DNA of 64,000 bases from Thermoprotei archaeon. GTDB lineage: Archaea > Thermoproteota > Thermoprotei > Thermoproteales > B15-G16. The notes under the pieces are model-generated. The model was not told the DNA's origin. It did no database searches and saw only the letters and a program-made list of their open reading frames with translations. Shown here one piece after another: positions 20,100 through 31,243 of the stretch. Numbering within the stretch: the stretch's first letter is position 1; every line of letters begins with the position of its first letter. The stretch lies in assembly GCA_003649205.1 (NCBI GenBank), contig QMRC01000009.1, positions 1 through 64,000 on the forward strand, written 5' to 3'. The position numbers and the translations under genes are program-made.

Positions 20100-21209
20100 C
20101 TATCTCTTTAATCCCCTCATCGAGAGAATAGGGACCCTACCAAAGAATCCCATAGCAACCTCACTACCTGGTTCTTCAGGAACGAGAATCAACCTAAGAG
20201 CTTTAGGTCTACGAAATCTAGACACTAAAACCGCATAGTCGCGAATTAACATGAAAGTAGCTTCAAACCCCTCACTCATCGATATCGGTACCATATCTAG
20301 ACCAGCAACAGAGATAGAGGAGTAAAACATTAGATCATAAATATTGAGTACACCAGACCTAACGTACTCCTTAAGTACATCATCCTCAGCAAGAGGGAGC
20401 ATCACCTCACAGTAACCAAGACCACCCATGTTCTCAGCAACAGACCTCAAAACCTCATTAAGGAAATGAAGCAAGTAAACACAACCAACACTACCCAACG
20501 GACAACCCCACCACTCAAAAACTCTAGCAACACTCTCACTCAACCAAGGAGAGAGCGAGTAATCAATACCGAAGTGAGGGAAACCAATAGCATTAGCTAA
20601 CCTACTCAAGAACTTCAAAAACCTCTCACCTAACCCCTTAAGGAAACTCTCAAGAGATGAGTAACTAGGTTCAACAAATCGTAAATCACCTGGATAGAGA
20701 AGAGATAGAGAAACAGTATCACGAACATACTTAGTAGCTGGAAAGTACGGAGTTTCATACACATCACCAAACACAATAGCAAATCTCGTACAACCCCGCC
20801 AACCAAGCTCCTCACTAATCCTCCACACAATCTTAGCTACATGAGATAGAGCATCATGAGATAGAGCAAACTCCCACGGAACAAGAACCGAAGTAAAGAA
20901 CTTCTCACTAACAGAAAGACCCTCAACAACCTCACGAACATCAGCACTAGAGAACGAACCCCAGTAAACAGCAAAGTAATCAGCACCCACATCATCACAT
21001 ACCTCAGCTAACCTACTAATCCAATCAACACCACCTAAACCACTAGGAAAGACAACACGATAGGAGAGACACCTAATACCAAACTCACGAACGAACTCAC
21101 GAGCAACATCAATAACCTCACCCAACCTAGACAACAACCTCAAATCACAGTGGAAGCAGAGAGCCCTAATACAGACCATAGAGACCACACCCAAATACTC
21201 AAGGATCAA
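20100..21209 (-). CDS. DUF711-family protein
   Basis: ETPYFPA, DYSLSPW, GYCEVMLPLAED, AGLDMVP. Confidence 0.8.
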   Translation of the reverse strand: MILEYLGVVSMVCIRALCFHCDLRLLSRLGEVIDVAREFVREFGIRCLSYRVVFPSGLGGVDWISRLAEVCDDVGADYFAVYWGSFSSADVREVVEGLSVSEKFFTSVLVPWEFALSHDALSHVAKIVWRISEELGWRGCTRFAIVFGDVYETPYFPATKYVRDTVSLSLLYPGDLRFVEPSYSSLESFLKGLGERFLKFLSRLANAIGFPHFGIDYSLSPWLSESVARVFEWWGCPLGSVGCVYLLHFLNEVLRSVAENMGGLGYCEVMLPLAEDDVLKEYVRSGVLNIYDLMFYSSISVAGLDMVPISMSEGFEATFMLIRDYAVLVSRFRRPKALRLILVPEEPGSEVAMGFFGRVPILSMRGLKR

Positions 21210-21630
21210 TACCCCTACACTTCATAAACTCAAGAAACCTACCCATAACATTAATAAGTATGTCACACAACGAAGACAACTTCCCATGAATATCAGTAGG
21301 TGAGACATAGACGTAGTTATGAATCAAGATATTACGTAGCTTAACCAACTCAATACATCTACCAACAACATCAGGAGGTAAGACACCATACCTACTCAAG
21401 ATCCTGAAGATGTCAGTATACGACTTAGGAACCTCACAACAGACCCTAGCAACCAAGAACTCACCAACGTCAATCAAGGCCTCAATAGCGACCTCAAGAT
21501 TACGTTCACAAGCATCAACCCTATCCTCACTACTGAGAAACTCCTCAAGAGAAAGCTGGGAAAAGAACCTCAACCTACCAACAGCACGCCAAAACCTCTC
21601 AACTCTAACCCTCACACCTGGAGTAGGCAT
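21199..21630 (-). CDS. HEPN (DUF86) RNase toxin
   Basis: ERNLEVAIEALIDVG and LRNILIHNY (RX4H); start ATG 21630. Confidence 0.9.
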   Translation of the reverse strand: MPTPGVRVRVERFWRAVGRLRFFSQLSLEEFLSSEDRVDACERNLEVAIEALIDVGEFLVARVCCEVPKSYTDIFRILSRYGVLPPDVVGRCIELVKLRNILIHNYVYVSPTDIHGKLSSLCDILINVMGRFLEFMKCRGIDP

Positions 21631-22036
21631 CAAGAACCTCCTCAATAACCCTATTCGAAAACCTCCTAAAAACAGGTTCAAAATCGAGAAACTGATCAAT
21701 AGCATTGAGATAATCATCCCAGAAAACCCCCTCATCCCTACAGAAAACCAACTTACCACAAGAGAAGATCTCATACCTAAGCACAGTATCAGCTAGATCA
21801 ACCGGAATAGCATCTACGTGAACACCAAGAACATCCTCAATAGCAAGACCAATATCCAAAACCCTACTCAAACAATCACCACCACAGTACCTCAACTTAA
21901 TAGCAACATCGACATCACTGTACGGCCTAGCAACACCAAGAGCCCAAGAACCAAAGAGAACAGCATACACAACATCCTCAAACCTAGAACAAACCTCCCT
22001 AATCACAGACACAACACGCTCAAGATCAAGAACCAC
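21605..22036 (-). CDS. MNT minimal nucleotidyltransferase antitoxin
   Basis: LFGSWALG...SDVDVA; directly upstream of HEPN; start GTG 22036. Confidence 0.9.
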   Translation of the reverse strand: MVLDLERVVSVIREVCSRFEDVVYAVLFGSWALGVARPYSDVDVAIKLRYCGGDCLSRVLDIGLAIEDVLGVHVDAIPVDLADTVLRYEIFSCGKLVFCRDEGVFWDDYLNAIDQFLDFEPVFRRFSNRVIEEVLDAYSRCEG

Positions 22037-22106
22037 AGAGAACCCACCAAAAAGCAGAGAAAGACAAAAACATAAAAACTCAACCAAAGAACACACCAAC
22101 AGAGAA

Positions 22107-22183
<77 letters not shown>

Positions 22184-22373
22184 AAGCCACTTCTCCTCCA
22201 CATAGCACAGGCGTGCAGTTGCTGAACATGTATATGTTGATGAGGATTCATGCAACGTCTCTTAACCCAACCTGAGTTCCTGGACGAGTTCAAAATTGAA
22301 CAGCAATAGAGACGAAGTCGGTAGTCTCGGCACTACAAACCAATAGGAGTGCTGTTCAGAGTTCACAGGGTGA

Positions 22374-22556
22374 TTGGATGTGATTGAGGAGTTTCTTCGG
22401 GAGCTGTTGAGGAGGGGCGCCATAGTACTAGGTACTAGAACGATTGCACGGCAAGGTAAGCGGTACGTCATATACGTGCCTCAGGACCAGAGCACCATAG
22501 CTGAAGCACTTAGAGGTAGCAAGTTCTTACTGGTGCTCATACCGCTAGAAGGATAA
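22374..22556 (+). CDS. Small AbrB-like DNA-binding protein
   Basis: RTIARQGKRYVIYVP swapped-hairpin-like motif; GGTGA RBS upstream. Confidence 0.5.
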   Translation: MDVIEEFLRELLRRGAIVLGTRTIARQGKRYVIYVPQDQSTIAEALRGSKFLLVLIPLEG

Positions 22557-22735
22557 AGAGAGGCGTGAGGGTGAGGGGCTTGGGTACCCGAGGTGTATAT
22601 GGAGACGATACCTTAAAAAGCGTTTATTCGAACTAGCCGAGGTAATTCAAGAGCTTGCTGAAGCACTACTTGAAGGTGATCCTTTAGCAAATGAACTGAG
22701 GCTATGTGCTAGAGAGCTAGCAACCATCCTAAGAG

Positions 22736-23080
22736 GTGTGGGAAATGAAGCAAATGAAACTCAGCAATAACTACCTTAAACGAGCAAATGCTAAGGAGGT
22801 GGCTGAGCATGCCAAGAGCGAGAAACAAGAGAGACCAAGGGTTATCTGGTGCGGACAGGTGATGGCTAGAGATGGGCGAGTATTTAGGTATAGGATACAG
22901 CTAGGAACCAGTAGAAACCTAAGCGCTAACACACTATACCTGCTAATCCAAGAACTGGTGAGGAACGACGATGGTACACAATGGAGCACCATAGCACCGC
23001 CGGTGCGCCTCGACCTTGAGCTCCTACTCAAACTTCACGCCATAATTCACGAGAAGGTGAGAGCCTTGGGATTGAGTTGA
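22736..23080 (+). CDS. Hypothetical element protein
   Basis: 114 aa ORF within a co-oriented small-gene cluster. Confidence 0.55.
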   Translation: MWEMKQMKLSNNYLKRANAKEVAEHAKSEKQERPRVIWCGQVMARDGRVFRYRIQLGTSRNLSANTLYLLIQELVRNDDGTQWSTIAPPVRLDLELLLKLHAIIHEKVRALGLS

Positions 23081-23081
23081 G

Positions 23082-23572
23082 GTGAGTAGGAGAACCAAGC
23101 CCCTATCCTGTCGAGTCTCAGTTGAGGATTTCGAGAGGATATCGAGGATATGCGATGAGCTGGAAATCACTAGGAGTGATTTCGTCAAGCTGGCAATCAT
23201 GAGGTACCTAGCAGATGTACAGGTAGAGAAACCAGAAGTCATGAGGGACCTACTACTAATTAAGTTAGAGCACTTGAGAAGAGAGGAAGAGAAGATATAC
23301 AGAGTATTCAAGATGTTAGTGATGATGAACTTAGGTACAGGGTTGCACCATCTCTAGGACTTAGCTATAGCGATATCGCTAGACATGACGTAGTAGCTCA
23401 ATCACCAAGTGGTGAGTTAGTGATTGTTGAGGTTCAGAGGAATGAACAAGTTATTGAAGCTAAAAAGAAAGTTAAGAAAGTAATCATAGTTATTCCAGAT
23501 CTAGGCTCAGGGAAATACGTTGAAGTATGGGGTGAAGAAGAACTTAGAGAATACCTTAGAGGATCTACTTAA
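23082..23572 (+). pseudogene. RHH (CopG-like) plus PD-(D/E)XK-like protein, frameshifted
   Basis: LSCRVSVEDFERI...TRSDFVKLAI; shifted frame reads RHDVVAQ...IVEVQ to TAA 23572. Confidence 0.55.
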
Positions 23573-23769
23573 TGCCTAAGCACATAGTTCATGAGTATTT
23601 AGCTGAGAAGTTCTGTAGATTACCAGCAGACATCATGAAGGACATTAATAACTTCAGAGATGTTATTGGTAAGTGTGAAGAACAATTCAAGCGCTTAATG
23701 CGCCTCTAAGGGCATTTCACAATATTAACAGGATCAGCAGCTCTTAACTTTTCAGTTCAAATCTTTATA

Positions 23770-24666
23770 TTGCCCACACTACCTACCAGCTTAGTGAAGG
23801 TAAAACTGATCGGTGATTACATGGAGAAGGTAGATGTTGTATTACTTACTTACAATTGCGTAAGCCATTGGCCTGGTAGGAGAGTTCTTGAACTTTGCCT
23901 TCAATCCATAGTAAGTAATATACCGATTAATAAGATCATCATAGTGGATGGTGGTTCTACTGATGGAACTCTAGAAGTTATCTGTAGGTACTTAGATTCT
24001 AAATGTATTAACTACTACATAATTGAGGATAAGTATGGTACAAGAGCTAGTTCAAGAATGTTAGGTATTAAAGCAGTAGAAACTGATTACTTTATTTTCG
24101 TTGACACTGACTGTATACTATGTCCAGGATGGTATAGCAAAATAAGGAAATGTATTAGAGATAACGTAGGTGCTGTAGTGGGAAGAGATGTACCTGTAAT
24201 ACTTCCTAGAAGGCATTTGGAAGCTAGAATGAAGGTAAAACGTAGATTCGGTAAAGTAGCACTACCTAAAACCTCTAGAAAAAAGGCATTTACAGGGAAT
24301 ACCTTGATACTGAAGGAAGCTATAGAGGGTATAAAAATACCCAGTTACCTCCATGTAGGTGAGGATGAATACATAAGACGTTTCATTGAGAGTAAAGGGT
24401 ACAAGTGGATTATCTGTAATGATGCTTGGTGTTTGCATATTACTAAACTACATAAGCCAAGGGATGCGTATTATCAAGGCATTTCAAGTTACTTATTTAA
24501 GACTTTAACACTGAAGAGACTAATGCTTCATGTAGTAACTTCAATACCTAAGTTTACTTTAGTAGGGTACCCTGATGTAGGAGTTACAGTATTTAAGTTA
24601 AGTTTACTAAGGCTGTTAGGTTACCTTAAGGGCATGTTATGTGTTCATGAAGAATTATGGAGTTGA
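23770..24666 (+). CDS. Family 2 glycosyltransferase
   Basis: LLTYN, IIVDGGSTDGT, FVDTD, GED; start probably ATG 23821. Confidence 0.9.
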   Translation: MPTLPTSLVKVKLIGDYMEKVDVVLLTYNCVSHWPGRRVLELCLQSIVSNIPINKIIIVDGGSTDGTLEVICRYLDSKCINYYIIEDKYGTRASSRMLGIKAVETDYFIFVDTDCILCPGWYSKIRKCIRDNVGAVVGRDVPVILPRRHLEARMKVKRRFGKVALPKTSRKKAFTGNTLILKEAIEGIKIPSYLHVGEDEYIRRFIESKGYKWIICNDAWCLHITKLHKPRDAYYQGISSYLFKTLTLKRLMLHVVTSIPKFTLVGYPDVGVTVFKLSLLRLLGYLKGMLCVHEELWS

Positions 24667-24913
24667 TTACTTCTTCACTTAGAGGTTACTTAATGGACCA
24701 TTAATAATTAAAGTTCCAATATTTTTACTTTTTCAGGATCTCTCTTTCAGATCTCTCAGGGTAGTTACGTACCCTCCAAGGCTATCATTAATGGTCATTG
24801 GGATTCAAGGCACTACTATTCCTGGTGACTTATGGGAGGTAGGGCTATACAGAAACACTTACTAGAGACAAGCATGGATTCTATGCAGAAACTGCGATCC
24901 ACCCTACGGTATA

Positions 24914-25375
24914 GTGAGTATCGAGAGACTTGTATTTAATATCCTCGAGGGACTACAGCAAGGCTTCAATAACTTAGTTAGGGTACTAGGTAGACCAATT
25001 GATGCTGAAGCATTTCTAAACGTATTATTAAAAGATTGTTGGAAACGTATAGAGCATCCTGATGAATTGAAGAAGTCACTAAGAGGTAGGGAGAATGTAA
25101 TTGAGGTTTCTGGGCAGCTCGTGAGAGCTTCAACGGAACTTAAAGCATCTATGGAATTCTGCATAGATGAAGCACTCTGGCTAGAGTGTTGGAAGAGGTA
25201 TGGTGATTACTGCCCTATATGCAAGACTATCATAGGTTCTAAGGAAGAGTATGTGAAAATTCCTGAAGAATACACTAGAGGGACTACAGACCTAGCTTAT
25301 AGAGTACATGTTGAGTGTATGGAGCGATTTAAGGCTAGGATTAAGGAGTTTCCAAGTAGAGGATTCTCAAGGTGA
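24914..25375 (+). CDS. Hypothetical protein with C-terminal zinc finger, probably 5'-truncated
   Basis: CPIC...HVEC; the frame continues upstream (WILCRNC) past an in-frame stop. Confidence 0.5.
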   Translation: MSIERLVFNILEGLQQGFNNLVRVLGRPIDAEAFLNVLLKDCWKRIEHPDELKKSLRGRENVIEVSGQLVRASTELKASMEFCIDEALWLECWKRYGDYCPICKTIIGSKEEYVKIPEEYTRGTTDLAYRVHVECMERFKARIKEFPSRGFSR

Positions 25376-26543
25376 GAAACTCTAAGGTGGCTCATAAGAG
25401 AAGCAGCTTTACCTCCAAGTATAGCCTATGAGCTTACACATAGATGTAGTCAAGATCCTTAGAGAGAAGTGAGATATGGTGCTGAACAACATGAGACCTC
25501 TCAAGTTAGAAGCAACTAGCATCCCATACTCACTACTACAACTACATTACTTTCAACAACCCTCATAACTACACAAGACTACATAAAGACAGGAAGACAA
25601 GCAAAAGAAAAGAACATAGTAGAAATTACAGAGGAAAGACAGTAAGGTATGTAATGCTTCTTCTACTACTTCTGTGTGTAGACATGGTTCACCTTGTAGA
25701 CACCCAGAATCCTCTTTGTTCTTCTTTGTTTTTTCTCTTATTTTAAGCGTTTACATGTTTCGTGTCTACAGTTATTTTAAGAGAATTTTACTGATGTGGT
25801 TGGATGTTAGGTGTTTTGTAGTGTTGGTCTTGAATTTGTGGGTGCTGTGCATGTAGTTCATGTATCTGTTTCTGTGTTTACAGTTTTTGCGGCGGTTCTG
25901 CAGCATGGTCATTTGTCTTCTGCAAAAAGTTAGGCTTCTGCTTGGGGTGTGTATTATATCCCTGTGTACACTTGCGTAGTATATACCCTAAGTAGGGGTA
26001 GGAGCAGTATCTTGTTTTGTTTGGTGTCTATGGGTAGATCTCCACTACGCCGCCTTTCTCGTTTACGTGTGCTTGACCTATGACCTGTACAGCCTTACGT
26101 TTCTTGTTGTTTCTCTGTCTGTACTTCGTGCTGTTGCTCACTGTCCCTCACCTCCTCGGTGTTGTGTTGTTTGCTTGGGATCTTCTTGTGGTTTGTGGTT
26201 CGTGTGTTAGGTTCTGCCACATGGTTCGTGTGTCTGTCACGTAGTTCATGTGTCGGTGATTGACGACATGTGTCACTTACCTTTGCTAGTTTCCACCACA
26301 TGGACGTTCAGTAACTGTAAAATTCACTAAGTTAGACACATGGATTGTCGATGAGGGTGCTAGCACGCAGTATATCGCTGTGCAGGGTGTGGTTGTGCGG
26401 GTGTTGCTCAGCGATATCGCTGTTACCTAGACACCACAGGTACGTTCACTACCGAGGTTAAGGTACCTCGTGAACACTGGAGAAACTCAAGTAGCTACAC
26501 ACTAGGAGCTGTGTAGAAGAGAGGAGGGAAAGTAGTTCAAAAC

Positions 26544-26771
26544 CTACGATGTTTTGATCCTTCTGGCTATGAGGTATAGTATGCCAGCTATTACGAACAT
26601 TACTATGGTGGATACTGGTGCTACTGAACATATAGGGTAGTACCCAGGTACGTAGTGTGACTCCTTATGTCCAAATGGTAGTACAGTGATTATACCCAGT
26701 ACAATACAGACCACTGATAACCCTAAGAATACAGCTCTCTTCATGTGACCCCTCCCACACTGTCTATACAT
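26544..26771 (-). CDS. Small two-TM membrane protein
   Basis: Two hydrophobic helices; RBS-like GGAGGGG before MKRAVF. Confidence 0.6.
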   Translation of the reverse strand: MYRQCGRGHMKRAVFLGLSVVCIVLGIITVLPFGHKESHYVPGYYPICSVAPVSTIVMFVIAGILYLIARRIKTS

Positions 26772-26856
26772 GTTACGATTACGTATGTTTGAGTTAAAAG
26801 TCTCTCAATGACGGTAGTAACAGTGATCAAGAACGTAGCTAGTACCACGACTACAC

Positions 26857-27258
26857 CTAGTGCAGTATCTTTGATGCGGACTTGTTGTACCAGTTCCTGA
26901 GGTCCTGTATCCACGTTCCTTGACCGATGGTTACGTAGTGTCTCATCAGGACTTCGAATTCCTTTGGTGGTGTTCTTCCCTGCAGTATGTCAACGACTTG
27001 ACCTGGTGCTCCTCTCAGGGCCATGTGTGTTGCGAAGAACTTCCTCAAGTCATACAGCTCAATCCTCCTACCTAGAGCTAGCTCACTAGCCCTGTAGATC
27101 TCCTCACGTAGTGTCCTCCTTGGGAACGGTATGAGCTTGCTCGACCACTCCTCGATGTCTGTTCCTAGCTTCTCAACCTGCTCCCTAACAATACCTATGT
27201 ACCTCTCCCTATGCGATAGGTACACCTCCCTAAACCACTTAGCTGTCTCAACGTGCAC
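26857..27258 (-). pseudogene. Tyrosine integrase, C-terminal catalytic fragment
   Basis: YDLRKFFATHM (box II), ILQGR, RHY catalytic Tyr. Confidence 0.88.
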
Positions 27259-27967
27259 AGCTCAGTAGGAGGTTCAGGTACATGCTAAGTGAGCTTCTTG
27301 AGTTAGCTGACAGCGGTAGTACTTCATACGATGCTAGAGTAGTGATACACGACTACACACCTAGTGCCTGCAACGGGTACCTTCAGGTCACGGTACCTCA
27401 CGAGGTATGGTGGAAGTGGGTTCAGCGTGAGGAAGAAACCATTGGCATTGAGGAGGTGGAATACGTCCTAGGATTCGACGTCAATACTGACCGAGTGAAC
27501 TGGGCCCTAGTTGACGAGACAGGTGATGTCGTTGACCTCGGTACAATCTGGTTCGAGCACTTGGTCACCGTTGGTCGAGATAGGAGAGGTGTACGAGGAT
27601 TCGTCATCCAGGGACTGCACAAGCTCTTCACCGAACTCCGTACCAACCGAGGGATGGAGTTTGCTGTAGCTGTTGAGGGGCCTAAGGTACTCAAGACACT
27701 CAAGCTCGTTAGGATCAGGCGAGGGGCTGGAGCACTAACCCGAGGTACAACTACAGGGTGCCAAGGTTCCGTGCAAGGACTATCGACGACATCACCCAAG
27801 TAGCTAGGGAGCATGGTGTACCAGTGATCGAGGTAGACCCTAGGGGAACAACACACAGTGAGGAACATAGTGAGGTCACGAGGAGGTATGGAGTTGACAA
27901 GCACACAGCATCAGCAATACTAGTAGCAAGACGTGGTCTCAGAAAGATCAAGCAGGTTCTGAAATGA
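27252..27967 (+). mobile_element. tnpB: IS200/IS605 TnpB-like fragment, 5'-truncated and frameshifted near 27730
   Basis: RuvC-like GFDVN, AVE, then VIEVDPRGTT...DKHTASAILVARRG in the second frame. Confidence 0.75.
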
Positions 27968-28011
27968 GGACTGTTTCCAATACCTCGTTCTCAGTATGAT
28001 CTCGACTGCTC

Positions 28012-28114
28012 TCCAGATTTCCTGGGGAATTGTGAAAGTATTGACTAGTGTACACAGGATGTTGACTATGAATGGTATGGTGAGGAAGAGTATAGCTCTA
28101 CCAATTTTACTCAA
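28012..28114 (-). pseudogene. CPBP/CAAX protease, 5' part
   Basis: GGTGG RBS; MSKIGRAILFLTIPFIVNILCTLVNTFTIPQEIW ends in TCTGGA and fuses in frame to 19478 onward. Confidence 0.75.
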
Positions 28115-28172
28115 TCATTCCCACCTATGGCTGTGTATAGGGTTGCGGGGGAAAGGAGGAGGATTTTATGAG

Positions 28173-29147
28173 TTAGACTACACCAGCTTTCTCCAGCTTC
28201 TCTAGTCTCTCCCACATTTCGTCTATAGTCTTCTTAATCCATTCAAGGAATGATCTGTACTCTGGTCTCTCAAGTAGGTGTCTAAATCTACCTTGTCTCT
28301 TCAGGTACTCCTCAACTGGCTTTGTTCTCCTTACATTGATCTTTAGCTTACCGTTCTCGACTTCATATAGTGGGAAGAATCCTGTCTCAACTGCTAATCT
28401 AGCGATCTCCACTGTTTCACTTGGATCAAATCTCCAACCTCTTGGACATGGAGCTATTGCGTGTAGTACTGCTGGTCCATCTACCTCTAGTGCTTTCCTT
28501 ACCTTCTTAATGAAGTCTAGTGGGTACGCTATCGATATTGTTGCTGCGTAGGGTATACCGTGTGCAACAGCTATACCAATTAGATCCTTCTTCCTCTCTA
28601 GCTTACCTGGCCATACCTTACCGAATGGTGTTGTTGTTGTCCAAGCTCCTGGTGGTGTTGCTGATGATCTCTGAATACCTGTGTTCATGTATGCTTCGTT
28701 GTCGTAACATATGTAAACTACATCGTGGAATCTCTCTAACATTCCTGATAGTGCTTGCATTCCTATGTCGAATGTACCTCCATCACCACCTAGAACTAGT
28801 ACATCTATATCCTCCTTCCTGTAACCTTTCTTCTTCAGGATCTTCCAAGCAGCCTCAATACCAGAGGCTACAGCTGCTGCGTTCTCAAATGCTACGTGTA
28901 TCCAGGGTGTTCTCCAGGATGTATATGGGTAAATTGTTGTGGCTACCTCTAGACAACCTGTTGGTACAACGACTATTGTTGGTCTTCTAAGTGCTTTAAG
29001 TGCCATTCTAGCTACTATGGCGGCACCACATCCCGAACATAGCCTATGTCCAGGTGCTAGTAATTCCTCTCTAGGTAGGTCCTTAAGTGTGCGGATTTCC
29101 TTAGGGAAGGATGGCCACACAACACCTATAGATACCAAACCACTCAC
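28173..29147 (-). CDS. porB: Pyruvate/2-ketoacid:ferredoxin oxidoreductase beta subunit
   Basis: [14 protein letters not shown]...[13 protein letters not shown]. Confidence 0.92.
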   Translation of the reverse strand: MSGLVSIGVVWPSFPKEIRTLKDLPREELLAPGHRLCSGCGAAIVARMALKALRRPTIVVVPTGCLEVATTIYPYTSWRTPWIHVAFENAAAVASGIEAAWKILKKKGYRKEDIDVLVLGGDGGTFDIGMQALSGMLERFHDVVYICYDNEAYMNTGIQRSSATPPGAWTTTTPFGKVWPGKLERKKDLIGIAVAHGIPYAATISIAYPLDFIKKVRKALEVDGPAVLHAIAPCPRGWRFDPSETVEIARLAVETGFFPLYEVENGKLKINVRRTKPVEEYLKRQGRFRHLLERPEYRSFLEWIKKTIDEMWERLEKLEKAGVV

Positions 29148-29151
29148 CCCC

Positions 29152-30330
29152 TTACTCTCTTAAACCTAACCAGAGAGCTTCTTCAGGTACCTCACCCTTC
29201 TTTGCGTATTCGAGAGCTATGTTGAACATTCTCTCTATGTCCATTGGAGTTAGATCCCTACCACCTAGACCATAGACTACACTCATGATTAGTGGTTTCT
29301 GTCTCCATGTGTAGAACGTTGTTGCTAACTCCATCTGCAGTGGGTGACCAGCTCCACCTAGGCTAGTTGCTCTATCCATAGCTATCACTAGTTTAGCTCC
29401 CTTCAGTAGTTCTCTAACTTCATTCTTCGGGAATGGTCTGAACATCCTTATCTTGAGCACACCTACCTTCAACCCTTTCTCCCTTAACTTCCTAGCTACG
29501 TACCTAGTTGTTCCAGCTGCTGAACCCATACACACTGCCACTACATCAGCATCCTCGACACCAAAAGCATGTACTACGTCGTAGTACCTACCACTTAACT
29601 CACCAAAGAGCTTACCAACCTCCTTCACCTTCCTGTACGCTACCTTCATCGCTTCATCTTGCTGCCTCTTGAACTCCATGTATGAATCAGGTAGTCCAAC
29701 TGGTCCGAGAGTTATTGGTTTTGATGGGTCTAGTACGTTTGGTCTATCTCTCCTAGGTAGGAAGTTCCTTACCTGCTCATCCTCAAGTACCTCGACTACC
29801 TCAAGACAGTGACTCAGTATGAATCCATCGTGTACACACATCACTGGTAGCAGTACCTCTGGATCCTCTGCTATTCTAAATGCCTGTACTATGTTGTCGT
29901 ATGCTTCCTGTACGTTCTCAGCGAATAGTGTTATCCAGCCCGCATCTCTCGTACCCATTACGTCACTATAGTCACAGTGTATGTTTATTGGTGCTGATAG
30001 TGCTCTGGCGGCTATGCTCATGACTATTGGTAGTCTGAGTGCTGAGGCTATGTACAGGATCTCCCACATGAGTGCTAGACCTTGTGAACAGGTTGCTGTG
30101 AATACTCTTGCACCGGTGGCTGCTGCACCGACAACTGTCGAGAGCGCACTGTGCTCGCTCTCTACTGGTACAAATGCAGCATCTAGTTCTCCATTAGCTA
30201 CGTACTCACTAAGTCTCTCAACAATTACCGTCTGTGGTGTTATTGGGTAGGCAGCTATAACATCTACATCGGCTTGCTTAACAGCATAGGCTACAGCTTC
30301 ATTTCCAGTTAATCCCAGTCTCTTACCCAA
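29152..30330 (-). CDS. porA: Pyruvate/2-ketoacid:ferredoxin oxidoreductase alpha subunit
   Basis: [21 protein letters not shown]. Confidence 0.92.
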   Translation of the reverse strand: MGKRLGLTGNEAVAYAVKQADVDVIAAYPITPQTVIVERLSEYVANGELDAAFVPVESEHSALSTVVGAAATGARVFTATCSQGLALMWEILYIASALRLPIVMSIAARALSAPINIHCDYSDVMGTRDAGWITLFAENVQEAYDNIVQAFRIAEDPEVLLPVMCVHDGFILSHCLEVVEVLEDEQVRNFLPRRDRPNVLDPSKPITLGPVGLPDSYMEFKRQQDEAMKVAYRKVKEVGKLFGELSGRYYDVVHAFGVEDADVVAVCMGSAAGTTRYVARKLREKGLKVGVLKIRMFRPFPKNEVRELLKGAKLVIAMDRATSLGGAGHPLQMELATTFYTWRQKPLIMSVVYGLGGRDLTPMDIERMFNIALEYAKKGEVPEEALWLGLRE

Positions 30331-30336
30331 CTACCC

Positions 30337-30621
30337 TCACCTCTCAGGAACCATCTGAATTGCTCCACGTGGACAAACCTTTGCGCAAATCCCACATCCC
30401 TTACAGTAGTCATAGTTTATCTCAACACTATCATCTTCCTTCCTTACGATTGCTGGTTCTGGACAGTATATCCAGCACATAAGGCACTTAACACACTTAC
30501 TATGGTCGATGACTGGTTTGAAGCCTGCTCTCCAACTACCTGTCTTGTACTTTACGCTATTACCTGGTTCAGGTATTAAAGTTGCTATAGGCATTTCCTT
30601 CCAGGAACCTAAGCAGCTCAT
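30337..30621 (-). CDS. porD: Oxidoreductase delta subunit (2x[4Fe-4S])
   Basis: KTGSWR, CVKCLMCWIYCP, CKGCGICAKVCP. Confidence 0.92.
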   Translation of the reverse strand: MSCLGSWKEMPIATLIPEPGNSVKYKTGSWRAGFKPVIDHSKCVKCLMCWIYCPEPAIVRKEDDSVEINYDYCKGCGICAKVCPRGAIQMVPER

Positions 30622-31187
30622 GCAGATCTCACCTCCTCAAATGCCCTACTAATAGCCTTGATATTTAGCTCAGCTATCTCAGGTTTGAACCTACGCTTAA
30701 CTGCTTCATGTACGGACTCCAATTTAACTATTCCAGTTGCCTTGAGTAGTGCTCCTAGCATTGGTGTGTTGAAGAATGGTCTCTTGAAGATCTCCAATGC
30801 TATCTTCGTAGCATCTACGTAGTACAGCTTAGCACCTAACTCCTTGCACCTCTCCTTTAGCTCACTTGGTGGTTCACTGATGTTTATCACAAATACTCCT
30901 CCTCTCTTTAGGCCTGAGAGCAGAATATCCATGTTTACGAGTAGTGTTGGATCTATTACAACAACTATATCTGGTTCATATATTCCTGTATGTAGTTCTA
31001 TTGGTTCATCACTTATTCTCGTGTATGCTCTAACTGGTGCTCCAGCTCTTTCAGGACCGAACTCAGGGAAGTGCTGTGCATACTTTCCCTCGAAGATAGC
31101 TGCGTTAGCTAGAAGTTCGCTAGCGGTGACAACTCCTTGACCACCACGGCCATGCCACCGTACCTCTATTAATGTCACGTATTGCAC
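30618..31187 (-). CDS. porG: Oxidoreductase gamma subunit
   Basis: HGRGGQGVVT, FGPERAGAPV. Confidence 0.92.
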   Translation of the reverse strand: MQYVTLIEVRWHGRGGQGVVTASELLANAAIFEGKYAQHFPEFGPERAGAPVRAYTRISDEPIELHTGIYEPDIVVVIDPTLLVNMDILLSGLKRGGVFVINISEPPSELKERCKELGAKLYYVDATKIALEIFKRPFFNTPMLGALLKATGIVKLESVHEAVKRRFKPEIAELNIKAISRAFEEVRSA

Positions 31188-31243
31188 ACCCCAAAGACAT
31201 GTTGAGGTAATCGCTATTAAAAGTTTAATCGGAGTTCACTACG

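Noticed and set aside
23494-23499. Additional TCCAGA inside the element
   Set aside because: The reading frame runs through it unbroken; the hexamer alone is common and is not evidence of a breakpoint.
25376-26530. ORFs 25674-25856 and 26095-26301, or a plasmid origin
   Set aside because: Compositionally biased frames with many stops; no iterons or rep gene seen; best read as decayed DNA.
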